IMG/VR virus record: IMGVR_UViG_3300045988_171958 | Location: 230,492-294,491 of that record | Strand: one strand, 5' to 3' | Length of the DNA: 64,000 nucleotides | Origin: a virus | Shown here: positions 45,701 through 54,347 of the stretch, one piece after another | How positions within the stretch are numbered: the stretch's first letter is position 1 | How the letters are laid out: each line of letters starts with the position of its first letter | Position numbers and translations under genes: made by a program | Notes under the pieces: generated by a model | What the model saw: only the letters and a program-made list of their open reading frames with translations | What the model was told of the DNA's origin: nothing | Databases searched by the model: none

Positions 45701-46145
45701 TCATTGAAGATATGATATCTGACATGTTTGGAACATTTACTTTCAAATAAGTCTTAGGAGAAACTAAGTCTTTTAAGAAATTGTTGTCTTTAAATAATGC
45801 AATAGGATTTGCAGATTCCAATTTAGGTGTAGAAGGAGAAATTCCATTCTTAACCATCTTTATCTTATACAAGTCATTTGTTGACTCTAACCAAGCTTCA
45901 CCAGAATTTGGAAGTTCTATTAATGAAGATAATGAAGAATCCAACTGCTCTATCTTATTGTCAAGATATAAGAATGATGGTATTCTTAAAGTTTCCCTTT
46001 CACCCTGAGGGTTTGTTACCACTAAAGATATTTGACTATCTCTAGTGGACAAACTTTGGGTCATTGCTTTTATCATATCATAGCATTGTATGTACATGCC
46101 ATGGAGTTTTGTATAGTACTCTTTTATAGAATTGTTAGTTATCAT
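42708..46145 (-). CDS. large structural protein with central coiled-coil segment
   Basis: 1145 aa. Heptad-like region KSLHASKNDFQQQISAKQSEINEVTNKL...LQSQLNSIVDEINIKS. Baseplate or tail role inferred from position only. Confidence 0.5.
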   Translation of the reverse strand: MITNNSIKEYYTKLHGMYIQCYDMIKAMTQSLSTRDSQISLVVTNPQGERETLRIPSFLYLDNKIEQLDSSLSSLIELPNSGEAWLESTNDLYKIKMVKNGISPSTPKLESANPIALFKDNNFLKDLVSPKTYLKVNVPNMSDIISSMMMKKIVIYDYDMYNVLSGYSSYEDIKTALYGYTKGNDYEEYDSELDIPIKQERYRSAFRIESIPTKEELGNDNPHAVSVGSKLSYILNLDTFEYFNSEDSTISYQLKAGDFLCMKGQSTTWKVKNVDYSNMQIEIEETSGHTALQTTEENTDMIFSIYNNNYSDYHYVEIPLEENQYIIVFLSAVSNNTRSSWSTPLFCDLNSIYVKDAGGNFVQDEYGNNLSYLKYYKKYCTNIGDLILGITNTAYPQISNFTMAQLESLQDSDDMQIAVSNTFDTENILQVVPINKHLVDDTSNEEIKSLHASKNDFQQQISAKQSEINEVTNKLMTTDFSKEITVTQNSLKTQLNSLYTEKTHLQSQLNSIVDEINIKSTDLDVTGNEVKYRVRGVTDVKYLSQLISSIGNGIDVEIIGCDVEYKYKSTNKENNQLISIDSSTFTDWNRLDNIDRQRKLVFDNSVGVDFVDYSTTDNIIKWNQIDIPIQQGEDVIIRVRYKLNIGQPFISIYTPWSDEKTVVFPSQYKSNIDLTTILTENDKDTVTSSFSKTLIDDGYTEHIQDKVISSDQTFFHTPENIYSGFNTSENKMISLKDKLNDINSNVEKWKTLIDNESNSKFEVYLTYDDYSILLSPNTKNSVNIYNINHISDIFIKKNMNIVIKNTGDVRLNLYSIFPGNTNTPLINCNVDSYNSNLANFERVPMLVNNKICAQYLGQWIYFRENSAWNGSSIYFSTTEQNSKDETNVSNGNKLEYQITPSNYIGINNRQVLLGYRPRQGSLHSSTISTSSVKWKGLVFDNINSKEGVDYKKLLEYTSRLNELSTTENKTTDSIYVDMVKSNSSWYNYGLSNDNNWLMRYEDIVKVSSNNDNANYEYLTNSTTFSSFISEGGSIRNFSSQNSFVGGFVYPSLLSLDTILTSGEDKASKYIEVGENLSIPIEFEYYTNSNSNSIVKSLYFDLRNSLIRDPYHYMIEFVGNYDMSSENIDMSSNSDNTFNDEVISMK

Positions 46146-46197
46146 CAGTTGATTTCTTCTTTAATATATCCTTATACTTAAAAATACTTTTATCTGC

Positions 46198-48090
46198 TTA
46201 ACCTTCACGTTGAACCCACTGAAGTTGCAGACCTTCAATAGAGGCTTCAAGATAAGATACTTGATATGTTATTTGATTTTTGAAATCCATTATGTCGGTT
46301 CGAAATGTGTCAAGATTGTAAGCTGTCAAAACTGAACCAACAGCAGATTCTAATGAAGTTACTCTTTCACTTAGCTTATTCATTATCTTTGACATATCAA
46401 CAAACTTATCTAATACTTCATTTTGTCTAGATAATATCTGAGCAAATGTACAATAAGCTTCCTTCTTCGCATCATTTGTTATTTCACTAGGCATGTAGTC
46501 AGAAGTAGGAAATGGTTTAAACTGACTAGATAATGATAAAGACCAAGATGGAGAGAATCCAGTTGACAAATCAGACTTCAAAGTTACAAATTGCGGGCCA
46601 GAGAACCAAATACCTAATGGCATATTCTTAACACACATTTCTTTGTCTTCATCTTCATTAGTCAAATTCAAATGATCTGAAGATTCAACATTAGTAGAAT
46701 TTGTATTGTAGTTCATATCTACTAAATCGAATAATGGAATAAGCAAGTTGAATGATACTTCATTCCATTCTTTCACATCATTATGGTTTGTAAAAGATAT
46801 TTCTTTCAAAGGTGAAGTCAATTCATAATAATGAGTACCATTTTCATAATTGTCATATTCTGGTTTCAAATCTTCTACATAATGTGGACCTATATATTCT
46901 TCTTTTATTTCAGATGCTTTTATTATATCTTCCAAAGTCTTTACATATTCTGGAATTTGCTTATCTGCTTCTGGTACCATCATAATATAAGTATTGTAAT
47001 CATCAGTATCACCAGTAGAGATATTGTGTGTTCTCTTGAATTTTATCTGTTCTTCTGTACTGAGCTTACTATATAAATTAGTATATAAATTATTAGATGC
47101 AACAGGGTTTATAGAAACTGTATTCTTTTCATCTTTATCAAAATCTAATTCTTTTACATATTCTGATTTTGTGGTAAACCAACCATGTAAATATCTCTCA
47201 CTATTATAATTGTTCAATACATTTTCTTTAGTATCATCACCATCAACTGGAGCCAAAGACATTGTATAATTGCTATCACTTACTATAGTACCGGATTTGA
47301 ATGATCTGGTATCTACTACACAAATAGTGTCAGAAAATGTTCCATTCCAATCTTGTTCTGTGATATCACCTACATAGTTTATCTTAATGGATGAATCAAA
47401 TGCCTGTAAAGTTTCTAATAAGTAATTCAATGGAAGCAATACAGATTCTTGATTCATATCTTTACTTACACAAAAATCTCTTAAAGAAGCTAACTTATTT
47501 TCATAGTAAGTTACTAACTTGTTTATCAACTGTTGCTTATTCCAAATGAATGTACTCAATTCATCTTCTTTAGTGATAAATGTTGGATCATCTTTATAGT
47601 CAAGCAAAACTTTTTCTATAGTAATAGAATAAGGAGAATTTACATTGTTTGACTTTTCAGAAAGCTTAGTATGCTTAGTATCATTTCTATATGTTATCAA
47701 TGTTGTTTTAGAAAGCGTTGTATTCATTAAGAATTCCATTTGACTTTCTTTGATTGACATACCAGCTTTATATTCAGTTCCAAGACTATCAACATATATC
47801 TTATTTATATTTGTACTATCTTGAATTACATAGTTTTCAAATACATTTGTCTTAAGTGTATAAGAGACGTTCTTTGTATCTAATATGGTTGTTTTCCACT
47901 TATTGTAGGATTCTATTGCAAAATCTCTTGAATTAAGCTTTGGCATACTGATACATAAGAAAGTAGAAGGATATATCTTGTTATCAGTAGACATCAAATT
48001 AGCAGTCAAAGATTCTGTATAGTTAGAGAAAGTCAAGAAACTAGAATCTTGACTTGCTGATTTATAAAATAGATTAGTTTTTCTTTTCAT
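46198..48090 (-). CDS. structural protein, first gene of the long minus-strand operon
   Basis: ATG 48090 (MKRKTNLFYKSAS) is preferred over TTG 48108. 630 aa with a helical C-terminus. No motif recognised. Confidence 0.5.
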   Translation of the reverse strand: MKRKTNLFYKSASQDSSFLTFSNYTESLTANLMSTDNKIYPSTFLCISMPKLNSRDFAIESYNKWKTTILDTKNVSYTLKTNVFENYVIQDSTNINKIYVDSLGTEYKAGMSIKESQMEFLMNTTLSKTTLITYRNDTKHTKLSEKSNNVNSPYSITIEKVLLDYKDDPTFITKEDELSTFIWNKQQLINKLVTYYENKLASLRDFCVSKDMNQESVLLPLNYLLETLQAFDSSIKINYVGDITEQDWNGTFSDTICVVDTRSFKSGTIVSDSNYTMSLAPVDGDDTKENVLNNYNSERYLHGWFTTKSEYVKELDFDKDEKNTVSINPVASNNLYTNLYSKLSTEEQIKFKRTHNISTGDTDDYNTYIMMVPEADKQIPEYVKTLEDIIKASEIKEEYIGPHYVEDLKPEYDNYENGTHYYELTSPLKEISFTNHNDVKEWNEVSFNLLIPLFDLVDMNYNTNSTNVESSDHLNLTNEDEDKEMCVKNMPLGIWFSGPQFVTLKSDLSTGFSPSWSLSLSSQFKPFPTSDYMPSEITNDAKKEAYCTFAQILSRQNEVLDKFVDMSKIMNKLSERVTSLESAVGSVLTAYNLDTFRTDIMDFKNQITYQVSYLEASIEGLQLQWVQREG

Positions 48091-48124
48091 TTGAATTAAA
48101 AAATACAACTTCTGTTATATAAAA

Positions 48125-48153
48125 ATTGAAATTTCTAAATAAGTTTCTATATT
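48125..48153 (+). promoter_or_regulatory. sigma70-like promoter TTGAAA-N16-TATATT
   Basis: ATTGAAAT then TTCTATATTA in the divergent intergenic region, 25 nt before ATG 48178. Confidence 0.5.
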
Positions 48154-48177
48154 ATATCTGAACAAAATATTATAGTT

Positions 48178-48633
48178 ATGAACAAAAGATATATTACAAG
48201 TTATGTGTTTGAAAAAGTTAGTAATCCAGAAAATGGAACAACTAAAGTTAATGTTCAATGGACAATTGACTTTAGCAGACTTCCTAACATGGTATTTTTG
48301 CTAGACTTTCTTTCAAATATTTTAACTAATGAAGATTTCAATAATATTGACCCATCACTTCAGTATTGGGACCATCGATATCATACATTTTCATTTGTTA
48401 CTACTGCTTCTTCTAAAGTATCAGAGAAAGATACATACAATAAAGATACTGGTTATCAAATTGCTTTGATGAAAAATCAGAAGAAAGCAATGCATACTTA
48501 CAATAAGTTGATTAATGTTATAAATAGTAAAATCAATAAGTATTTTAGGAAACCATTGGAAAGAATTGAAATTAAGAATGATTTTGATATTATTGATTTG
48601 CATATGAGATTAGATGAATATAAACACAAATAA
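48178..48633 (+). CDS. hypothetical protein
   Basis: 151-aa ORF, first gene of the plus-strand block. Confidence 0.5.
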   Translation: MNKRYITSYVFEKVSNPENGTTKVNVQWTIDFSRLPNMVFLLDFLSNILTNEDFNNIDPSLQYWDHRYHTFSFVTTASSKVSEKDTYNKDTGYQIALMKNQKKAMHTYNKLINVINSKINKYFRKPLERIEIKNDFDIIDLHMRLDEYKHK

Positions 48634-48641
48634 AATTAAAC

Positions 48642-49394
48642 ATGTTAGGAGATAGACCATTAGTAATTTATGATGTTGAGACAACTGGTCTTGACAAGTC
48701 AAAAGATCAGATTATTCAAATTGCATTAGTAAAATATGATTGGAATATAAAGAAAATCATTGATAGTAAGAATTATTATATTCAACCAGAAGGTAGTTAT
48801 TCTATTCCTATTGGTGCTTATATGGTACATCATATTAATGCAGAATTCTTGAAAGATAAACCACATTTTAGAGAAGTTGCAAGTGAAATTTTTGATTTCT
48901 TTACAGGATGTGATATCGTAACATATAATGGATGTTCATTTGATAATGCTATATTGACAGAAGAATTTTCTAGATGTGGTATCTTGTTTGATGTACGAAC
49001 TTGTGACAATTATGATTGTTTCTATGAAGAGAAACGTATCAATGGAAATCGATTAGGTGATACATTCAAACGTTATTATGGAAAGACAATGGATGAATGT
49101 GGTTTAAATGCTCATGATGCTTTATCTGATGTAAAAGCAACTGCAGCTATTTTTGTAAAACAGCAAGAAGCACATCCTTATGAACCAGAAGAAATTCTTA
49201 CTATTGATAATGTAGTAGCTATGCAAGAATTCAATGGCAAGATAGTTCCATGTTTTACATTAGGAAAGTATAGAGGATTGGGAGTTGAATTTGTAGCAGG
49301 TTTCGACCAAGGTTATATTGCTTGGGCAATTGGTGATACTAGTAAGTTTGTTCCATCAACTAAAGAATATTTAAAGAAGTTTTTAAAAGTTTAA
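48642..49394 (+). CDS. DEDDh 3'-5' exonuclease (DnaQ/DexA-like)
   Basis: Exo I VIYDVETTGL, Exo II YNGCSFDNAIL, Exo III HDALSDVKATAAIF. Confidence 0.8.
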   Translation: MLGDRPLVIYDVETTGLDKSKDQIIQIALVKYDWNIKKIIDSKNYYIQPEGSYSIPIGAYMVHHINAEFLKDKPHFREVASEIFDFFTGCDIVTYNGCSFDNAILTEEFSRCGILFDVRTCDNYDCFYEEKRINGNRLGDTFKRYYGKTMDECGLNAHDALSDVKATAAIFVKQQEAHPYEPEEILTIDNVVAMQEFNGKIVPCFTLGKYRGLGVEFVAGFDQGYIAWAIGDTSKFVPSTKEYLKKFLKV

Positions 49395-49405
49395 AATTTA
49401 TTAAA

Positions 49406-49900
49406 ATGATTGTAGAAATTAAGAAGACAGAAGATGGTTTTTTTGATTTTCCATCTATGGTAAAGGAAGCAATGTTAAAGGGTGACAAGTTTGCTTTGAT
49501 GACATTCCGACAGATTATGTCTCGAATTATGGAATTCAAGACACAGGAAGTAAAAGAAGGTCAGCCTCGTCCGGTATATGATTTGGCAACAGAGAAGAAG
49601 TTGCTTGAAACTGTACAGAAAGAGTTAAAGAAGGATGTTGAGATTTATTTGAATATCAATACAGCAAAATCTATTGCTAATGCTTCTGAGTCACAGAATC
49701 AGCTCAATATTGTGAATGAGCTTCTTCCAAAGCCAGCTTCAGATGATGAAATCAATGAAGGTGTAGCAGATTGGGTAATCAAGTATGGAGAAATCACTTC
49801 TAAGGATATGAAGGCAGTAATCAATCATGTTGTTGCTGGACACCCAAATGCTCGTAAGTCAGATATTGCTAGAATTGTAAAGTCAAACATTAAAAAGTAA
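49406..49900 (+). CDS. YqeY/GatB C-terminal-domain-like protein
   Basis: 164 aa. MVKEAMLKGDKFALMTFRQI and LLPKPASDDEINEGVADWV...ITSKDMKAVINHV...DIARIVKSNI parallel bacterial YqeY as recalled (YLP.QLS.EE....V......G....KDMG.VM). Confidence 0.55.
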   Translation: MIVEIKKTEDGFFDFPSMVKEAMLKGDKFALMTFRQIMSRIMEFKTQEVKEGQPRPVYDLATEKKLLETVQKELKKDVEIYLNINTAKSIANASESQNQLNIVNELLPKPASDDEINEGVADWVIKYGEITSKDMKAVINHVVAGHPNARKSDIARIVKSNIKK

Positions 49901-49906
49901 AATAAG

Positions 49907-50698
49907 ATGAAAAGTAGAACTATTTTGAAGTATCAGTATGATGAGATTGGAACTTTCTTGTGTAATACATATATTGAGAAAAATCATTTAATGGAAAAGA
50001 AAGCAGAAGCTCAAAAGAAGATTTCTGATTTAATGGCTGAGAATTTACCAGATATTGTAAAGCAGGCATATAAACAATATCCAGATTATTTTGAGTTGAA
50101 GAAACGAAGTTTCTATGACATCGCTAGATTTGTTGATGCAAATACTTCACAATATGATCCAGAGCAACCAGGTGCATTGGGTAAGATAGAAAGTAAAAAG
50201 AAGAATTATAGTCCAGAATCTATTGAGTTTGCTAACTATATTTATGATTCATTGAATAAGCTTGATCTTGTAAAGTATTCTGGTTCAAGTTACTTTGGGT
50301 ATAGTACTAGCAAATATAATGTCTTTAATTTTGACTTCATTGGTCTTGAAATCAGCAAGAGTTGTGATACCGGCAACAATCGTTATTACAATAGTCGAGA
50401 TGATGTAGATGTAATTGCAAAGTATGCGTTGAATCATCCTGAAGTGAAGAAAATTTTCTTGAATTACTTTATTGAAACAATGAAGTATTTGAAGTTCAAG
50501 AAGGATATTTCTTGTGCATTCTCTACTATCACTACTACTAATATGCTTAAGAATGAAATTCCTGAAGCTTATGACTTCTTCTATAAGAAGTATGGTAAAG
50601 AGTATGAGAAGCAGGATAGTTATGAGAAGGATCGTAAGAAGGCAGAGAAGAAAGCCCAGTGTGATAAGATTGAAGGTCTTCGTGCAGCTATTTCATAA
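49907..50698 (+). CDS. hypothetical protein
   Basis: 263-aa ORF. No motif recognised. Confidence 0.5.
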   Translation: MKSRTILKYQYDEIGTFLCNTYIEKNHLMEKKAEAQKKISDLMAENLPDIVKQAYKQYPDYFELKKRSFYDIARFVDANTSQYDPEQPGALGKIESKKKNYSPESIEFANYIYDSLNKLDLVKYSGSSYFGYSTSKYNVFNFDFIGLEISKSCDTGNNRYYNSRDDVDVIAKYALNHPEVKKIFLNYFIETMKYLKFKKDISCAFSTITTTNMLKNEIPEAYDFFYKKYGKEYEKQDSYEKDRKKAEKKAQCDKIEGLRAAIS

Positions 50699-50728
50699 AG
50701 TCTAAATTGGTTTAACCAATTTTTAAAT

Positions 50729-51028
50729 ATGAAAACACTCTCGAAATTATTAGAAGAAAAAATGATCCAGTCTAATCCAGACAAATTGGATATGGACTGG
50801 ATCAATAATGATAGACCAGTTATTACAAAGTCTGGTTATGAAGTAAAGATAGATTCAGTAGATTATAAAGAAATACCAAACCAGTTACACGGTAAAGTAT
50901 TCTTTTCAGAAGGACCTGTTGATGGATGGGTATGGGATGAAACTGGTAAATGCATTACTTGTAAAGACAGATATGGTAATGGATATAGACCAGGTGATGA
51001 TGAAACGTTGTTGAAGAATAATGATTAA
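50729..51028 (+). CDS. hypothetical small protein with CTS-like start (MKTLSKLLEE)
   Basis: 99-aa ORF. Confidence 0.45.
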   Translation: MKTLSKLLEEKMIQSNPDKLDMDWINNDRPVITKSGYEVKIDSVDYKEIPNQLHGKVFFSEGPVDGWVWDETGKCITCKDRYGNGYRPGDDETLLKNND

Positions 51029-51165
51029 TTTCTTAAATAATTTAACAATCATTAACATAATATTACTGAACTTTTACATAATCAAATACTATATTATATA
51101 TGTATGATAAATGAATATCATACATAACATAATAAATTATTAACCCTTTAAATTAAATCTTTTTA

Positions 51166-52254
51166 ATGAGTAAAGAAACAAAAACAAAAAATCTCATTGG
51201 TGCTCGAGTAGATGAGAATGACATTTTGAATTCAATGTTTACAAACGACAAGGATCGAATTAAGTTCAATTCACGAGCATTTGCGACAATGTCTATTGCG
51301 AAAGCATTTGCAAAGACTTACGGTATTGAATTGTCTGAAGATGCAAAGAAAGATAAGGCAATGAATACTGTTACTAATATCGAAGTTGGTCAACTTTATC
51401 TTGGTGAAGTTAAAGAGTTTGACAAGAATGTTTTGACATTCACTATTCCTGGTGTTAAGGAAGAGCTTATTTGTAAAGAGAATTTCAATTCTTGTATTGA
51501 TGCAATTCGTAACTATCTCATGACACATAACAACCAGTTGATGTTTGAGGTACGTGAGAAGAAAGACAACACTTACATTGTATCTGTTTCTAATGGTTAT
51601 TTCCGTTATTGGATGCATCAGATTGAGAATGATATTCAGAAGGAAACACCTATTCCAGTTCATATTGATGAGGTAGTCAAAGGTGGATTTATTGCTCATG
51701 TCAATATTAATCCATTGGTTGATCTTACAGGTAAAGAGTATGTCAATTCGGTATTCATTCCTGGTTCACAGATTGTATTGAATATTGAAAAGGACTTTGA
51801 TAAGTGGGTAAATCAGGATATTGATATTATTCCACAGAAGGTAGTTGACTTCAAACGTGATTATGCTACTGGATGTATTGAGAAGTCTATTGTTGGTTCA
51901 CGTAAGCGATTGCTTCAGCTTGATGGTTATCAGAATTTGTATGACTTGTGGTTGAAAGAACGTCTTGCAAAGAAGAATGATAATGTTACTTATGAACGCC
52001 CTGTTTTGGATGGACATGTTACAGGTATCATTAATTCAGCTAAGAAGCAAGGTGTGTTTATTGAACTTGATGGTTTGAATATTACAGGTTTGATGCCAAT
52101 AGATCCTAACAAGTTGCTTGATTTCCATCCAGGTGATCCTATTAATGTTAAAATTAAGGAGTTTGAAGTTCAAGATGGTAAAGATGCATTTAAGACTACA
52201 CGAAAAGGTCGAGTAGTTGTTTGCAACACACGCCCAGTATTTGAACTTGCTTAG
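51166..52254 (+). CDS. multi-S1/OB-domain RNA-binding protein (ribosomal protein S1-like architecture)
   Basis: Three S1-like units: VGQLYLGEVKEFDKNVLTFTIPG, VHIDEVVKGGFIAHVN...VFIPGSQI, and LDGHVTGIINSAKKQGVFIELDGLNITGLMP...PGDPINVKIKEF. Confidence 0.5.
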   Translation: MSKETKTKNLIGARVDENDILNSMFTNDKDRIKFNSRAFATMSIAKAFAKTYGIELSEDAKKDKAMNTVTNIEVGQLYLGEVKEFDKNVLTFTIPGVKEELICKENFNSCIDAIRNYLMTHNNQLMFEVREKKDNTYIVSVSNGYFRYWMHQIENDIQKETPIPVHIDEVVKGGFIAHVNINPLVDLTGKEYVNSVFIPGSQIVLNIEKDFDKWVNQDIDIIPQKVVDFKRDYATGCIEKSIVGSRKRLLQLDGYQNLYDLWLKERLAKKNDNVTYERPVLDGHVTGIINSAKKQGVFIELDGLNITGLMPIDPNKLLDFHPGDPINVKIKEFEVQDGKDAFKTTRKGRVVVCNTRPVFELA

Positions 52255-52269
52255 AACTTGTTTAAATAG

Positions 52270-52304
52270 AAAATGGTGAAATTCTTAAGAATTTCACCAT
52301 TTTT
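52270..52304. terminator. bidirectional palindromic terminator (CTTAAG apex)
   Basis: AAAATGGTGAAATTCTTAAGAATTTCACCATTTT between convergent genes. Confidence 0.7.
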
Positions 52305-52310
52305 GTTTTA

Positions 52311-52645
52311 TTATCCTCTCATAAAATCATTATATGATATAATTGTTGGGCCAAGTTTGATAGTATTGCCTTTTCCTCTAATAACAATATCAAATTCACC
52401 AACATCACCATCATCTTTCGAAGTTACAGTTAAACCATCTGTCTTCTTAAGCCAAGCAATAGCAGCTTTTCCTGTAGTTAAAGGTTTTGAATAAACCCAA
52501 CCATCATCAATAGCATCAATCAATTCTGATTCATCGATAGGATCATCACTACCTTCACCGAGTAAAAATCTTAATACATCTGTACCTTTTTGATTTTTTA
52601 GTACTTCCTTAGATTCTGTCAATAAGGATTCTAATAAACTTTCAT
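52311..52645 (-). pseudogene. CTS-tagged small gene disrupted by 1-nt deficit in an A-run (or TTG-initiated at 52622)
   Basis: ATG 52645 reads ATGAAAGTTTATTAG (stop). With A4 instead of A3 it would read MKSLLESLLTESKEVLKNQ..., joining track ORF 52311-52622. The paralogous junction at 53178 has ATGAAAAGT. Confidence 0.5.
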
Positions 52646-52706
52646 ATATATTCTTTTTTTTTGTTACATACTAGAACCATCTGTTCTGGTTATTCCTAAG
52701 TTAGAG
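52629..52706 (-). repeat. duplicated gene-junction segment, copy 1 (partner 53161-53243)
   Basis: About 59 nt identical apart from one T/A-run indel. It spans the CTS start, a T9/A9 tract and the GGTTCTAGTATGTAA gene end. Flanks are diverged. Confidence 0.8.
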
Positions 52707-52795
52707 TTTGAACAGCAATAATGTAATATTTTTCCGGCATTCTCATATTCTGCTTAATAATTTCTACAAATACCTTTGCGGCTTTTTACTTTATC
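52664..52795 (-). pseudogene. decayed partial duplicate of gene 53197-54321
   Basis: 52711-52795 aligns with ~53690-53772 (DKVKAAK.F.EI.KQNMRMPE.YY) with a frameshifting extra A. 52664-52710 aligns with the C-terminus (TRTDGSSM stop). About 450 nt is deleted internally. Confidence 0.6.
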
Positions 52796-52800
52796 ATTAT

Positions 52801-53178
52801 TTAGTTAGATGGTTTCAATGTGGCACTTGTTGGATTAAAGTTAAAATTAATTGTACCAAATTTCTTATCTTTAATAGTAAATTGTGCAGTAAAACCATAT
52901 TTAGCTTCATCAAATTTAACAGATATTGGTTGATTAAAGTTTGATTGAATGATCGATGCTAAACCATCCTGATCATAATCTTTATGTGTTAGTTTTTTAA
53001 TAGTATTATTAAGTTCTACATCATCCAATAAATCACCACATCTTGGTGCTAAATCTCCGTCTTTTGCAAGATCATCGCAATCTTCATCAAAATACCAATT
53101 GAAAAAATCTTTTACTGTAGATTTTACTGTTCTTGATTCAAATAATGCGATATTTAAACTTTCTAATAAACTTTTCAT
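52801..53178 (-). CDS. hypothetical protein with CTS-like tag (MKSLLESLNIALFE)
   Basis: 125-aa ORF. Confidence 0.55.
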   Translation of the reverse strand: MKSLLESLNIALFESRTVKSTVKDFFNWYFDEDCDDLAKDGDLAPRCGDLLDDVELNNTIKKLTHKDYDQDGLASIIQSNFNQPISVKFDEAKYGFTAQFTIKDKKFGTINFNFNPTSATLKPSN

Positions 53179-53196
53179 ATATATTCTTTTTTTTTG

Positions 53197-54321
53197 TTAC
53201 ATACTAGAACCATCTGTTCTCATAATTCCTGAGTTAGATAGAGAATTATCTGCTTGATTAGCAGCTACTTGTGATGGTTTATCAGTTCTTTGAGGTGTAT
53301 TGATACCTTGTCCATTATCATCTTTATTCTTTTGCTCAGTATCTTGATCTTTATTATTTTCTTGGCCATTATCATTATTCTCATCTTTATTATCAGAATT
53401 ATCAGAGTCTGATTTCAAATCATCTGCAGTACTTGGATCTTCAGCTATAGTAAAGCAACAAGCATCACCAGTTCTTCTTACACCGATGAATCCAAGCATG
53501 TCATCAATAACTCCTTTCAATTCTTGATCCATTCCATTTGGATTATCAGCATCATTTACCCAGATACCATTATCACCTAAACCATAAATATTTACCAGGG
53601 TTTTTGTAACAGTAGCTGTCTTACCAAATGGTTTTCTTACATCGTGTTTGTAACGTAAAGCAACTGATTCATTGCCATCTTCATCACGAACCGCAGTTAT
53701 ATAATAATTCTCTGGCATTCTCATATTTTGCTTAAGAATTTCTGCAAATGCCTTAGCTGCTTTTACTTTATCGTTACTTGCTAACAACTGTCTTATATCT
53801 TTCTTGGTTGTATCTTCAATTTCTTGATCCGGTTGCCATGCATCTTCCTTTATCTCACCAAACTGATTATATTCTATATCACCAATATGTAGTTGTTTTT
53901 GTTCATGGCAAGCAATCTTTGGTAATGATTCACATGAACTATTATCACATGGCCCATTATATCCATAAGATTGCTGAATATCTGAAGGACAAAAATATAA
54001 GAAATATTCTTCACCAACAGGAACAATCTTTATGCATGACAAACCTTGCATTGATACATAAGTGAAAAGAGAAGTTCTGTCATTCCATACATTTGTATAT
54101 ATGGCAGTTCTAACATCTTCTTCAGAATGCCATAATGATGATGTACATTTTAAAGAGAAATTATCTTCTGCCTTTGTAACAACCATAGAAAGTTGAGATG
54201 AAAAGAAATTTCTTACATTTGTTACTATATTATCCACAGGAGTCAAATGATTAGTTACACCAACCTTATTTCCCAATGGTTGGTTATCAAATGACTCCTT
54301 TATCATTGACAATGTCTTCAT
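53197..54321 (-). CDS. hypothetical protein with CTS-like tag (MKTLSMIKE), Asn/Asp/Gln-rich C-terminal tail
   Basis: 374-aa ORF with low-complexity tail DSDNSDNKDENNDNGQENNKDQDTEQKNKDDNGQ. Confidence 0.55.
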   Translation of the reverse strand: MKTLSMIKESFDNQPLGNKVGVTNHLTPVDNIVTNVRNFFSSQLSMVVTKAEDNFSLKCTSSLWHSEEDVRTAIYTNVWNDRTSLFTYVSMQGLSCIKIVPVGEEYFLYFCPSDIQQSYGYNGPCDNSSCESLPKIACHEQKQLHIGDIEYNQFGEIKEDAWQPDQEIEDTTKKDIRQLLASNDKVKAAKAFAEILKQNMRMPENYYITAVRDEDGNESVALRYKHDVRKPFGKTATVTKTLVNIYGLGDNGIWVNDADNPNGMDQELKGVIDDMLGFIGVRRTGDACCFTIAEDPSTADDLKSDSDNSDNKDENNDNGQENNKDQDTEQKNKDDNGQGINTPQRTDKPSQVAANQADNSLSNSGIMRTDGSSM

Positions 54322-54347
54322 TTATTGAATTTCGTTGAAATTTATAG

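Noticed and set aside
52708-52944. Plus-strand ORFs 52273-52494 and 52708-52944.
   Set aside because: They are antisense to minus-strand genes or the pseudogene remnant, their composition is low-complexity, and no promoter box is present.
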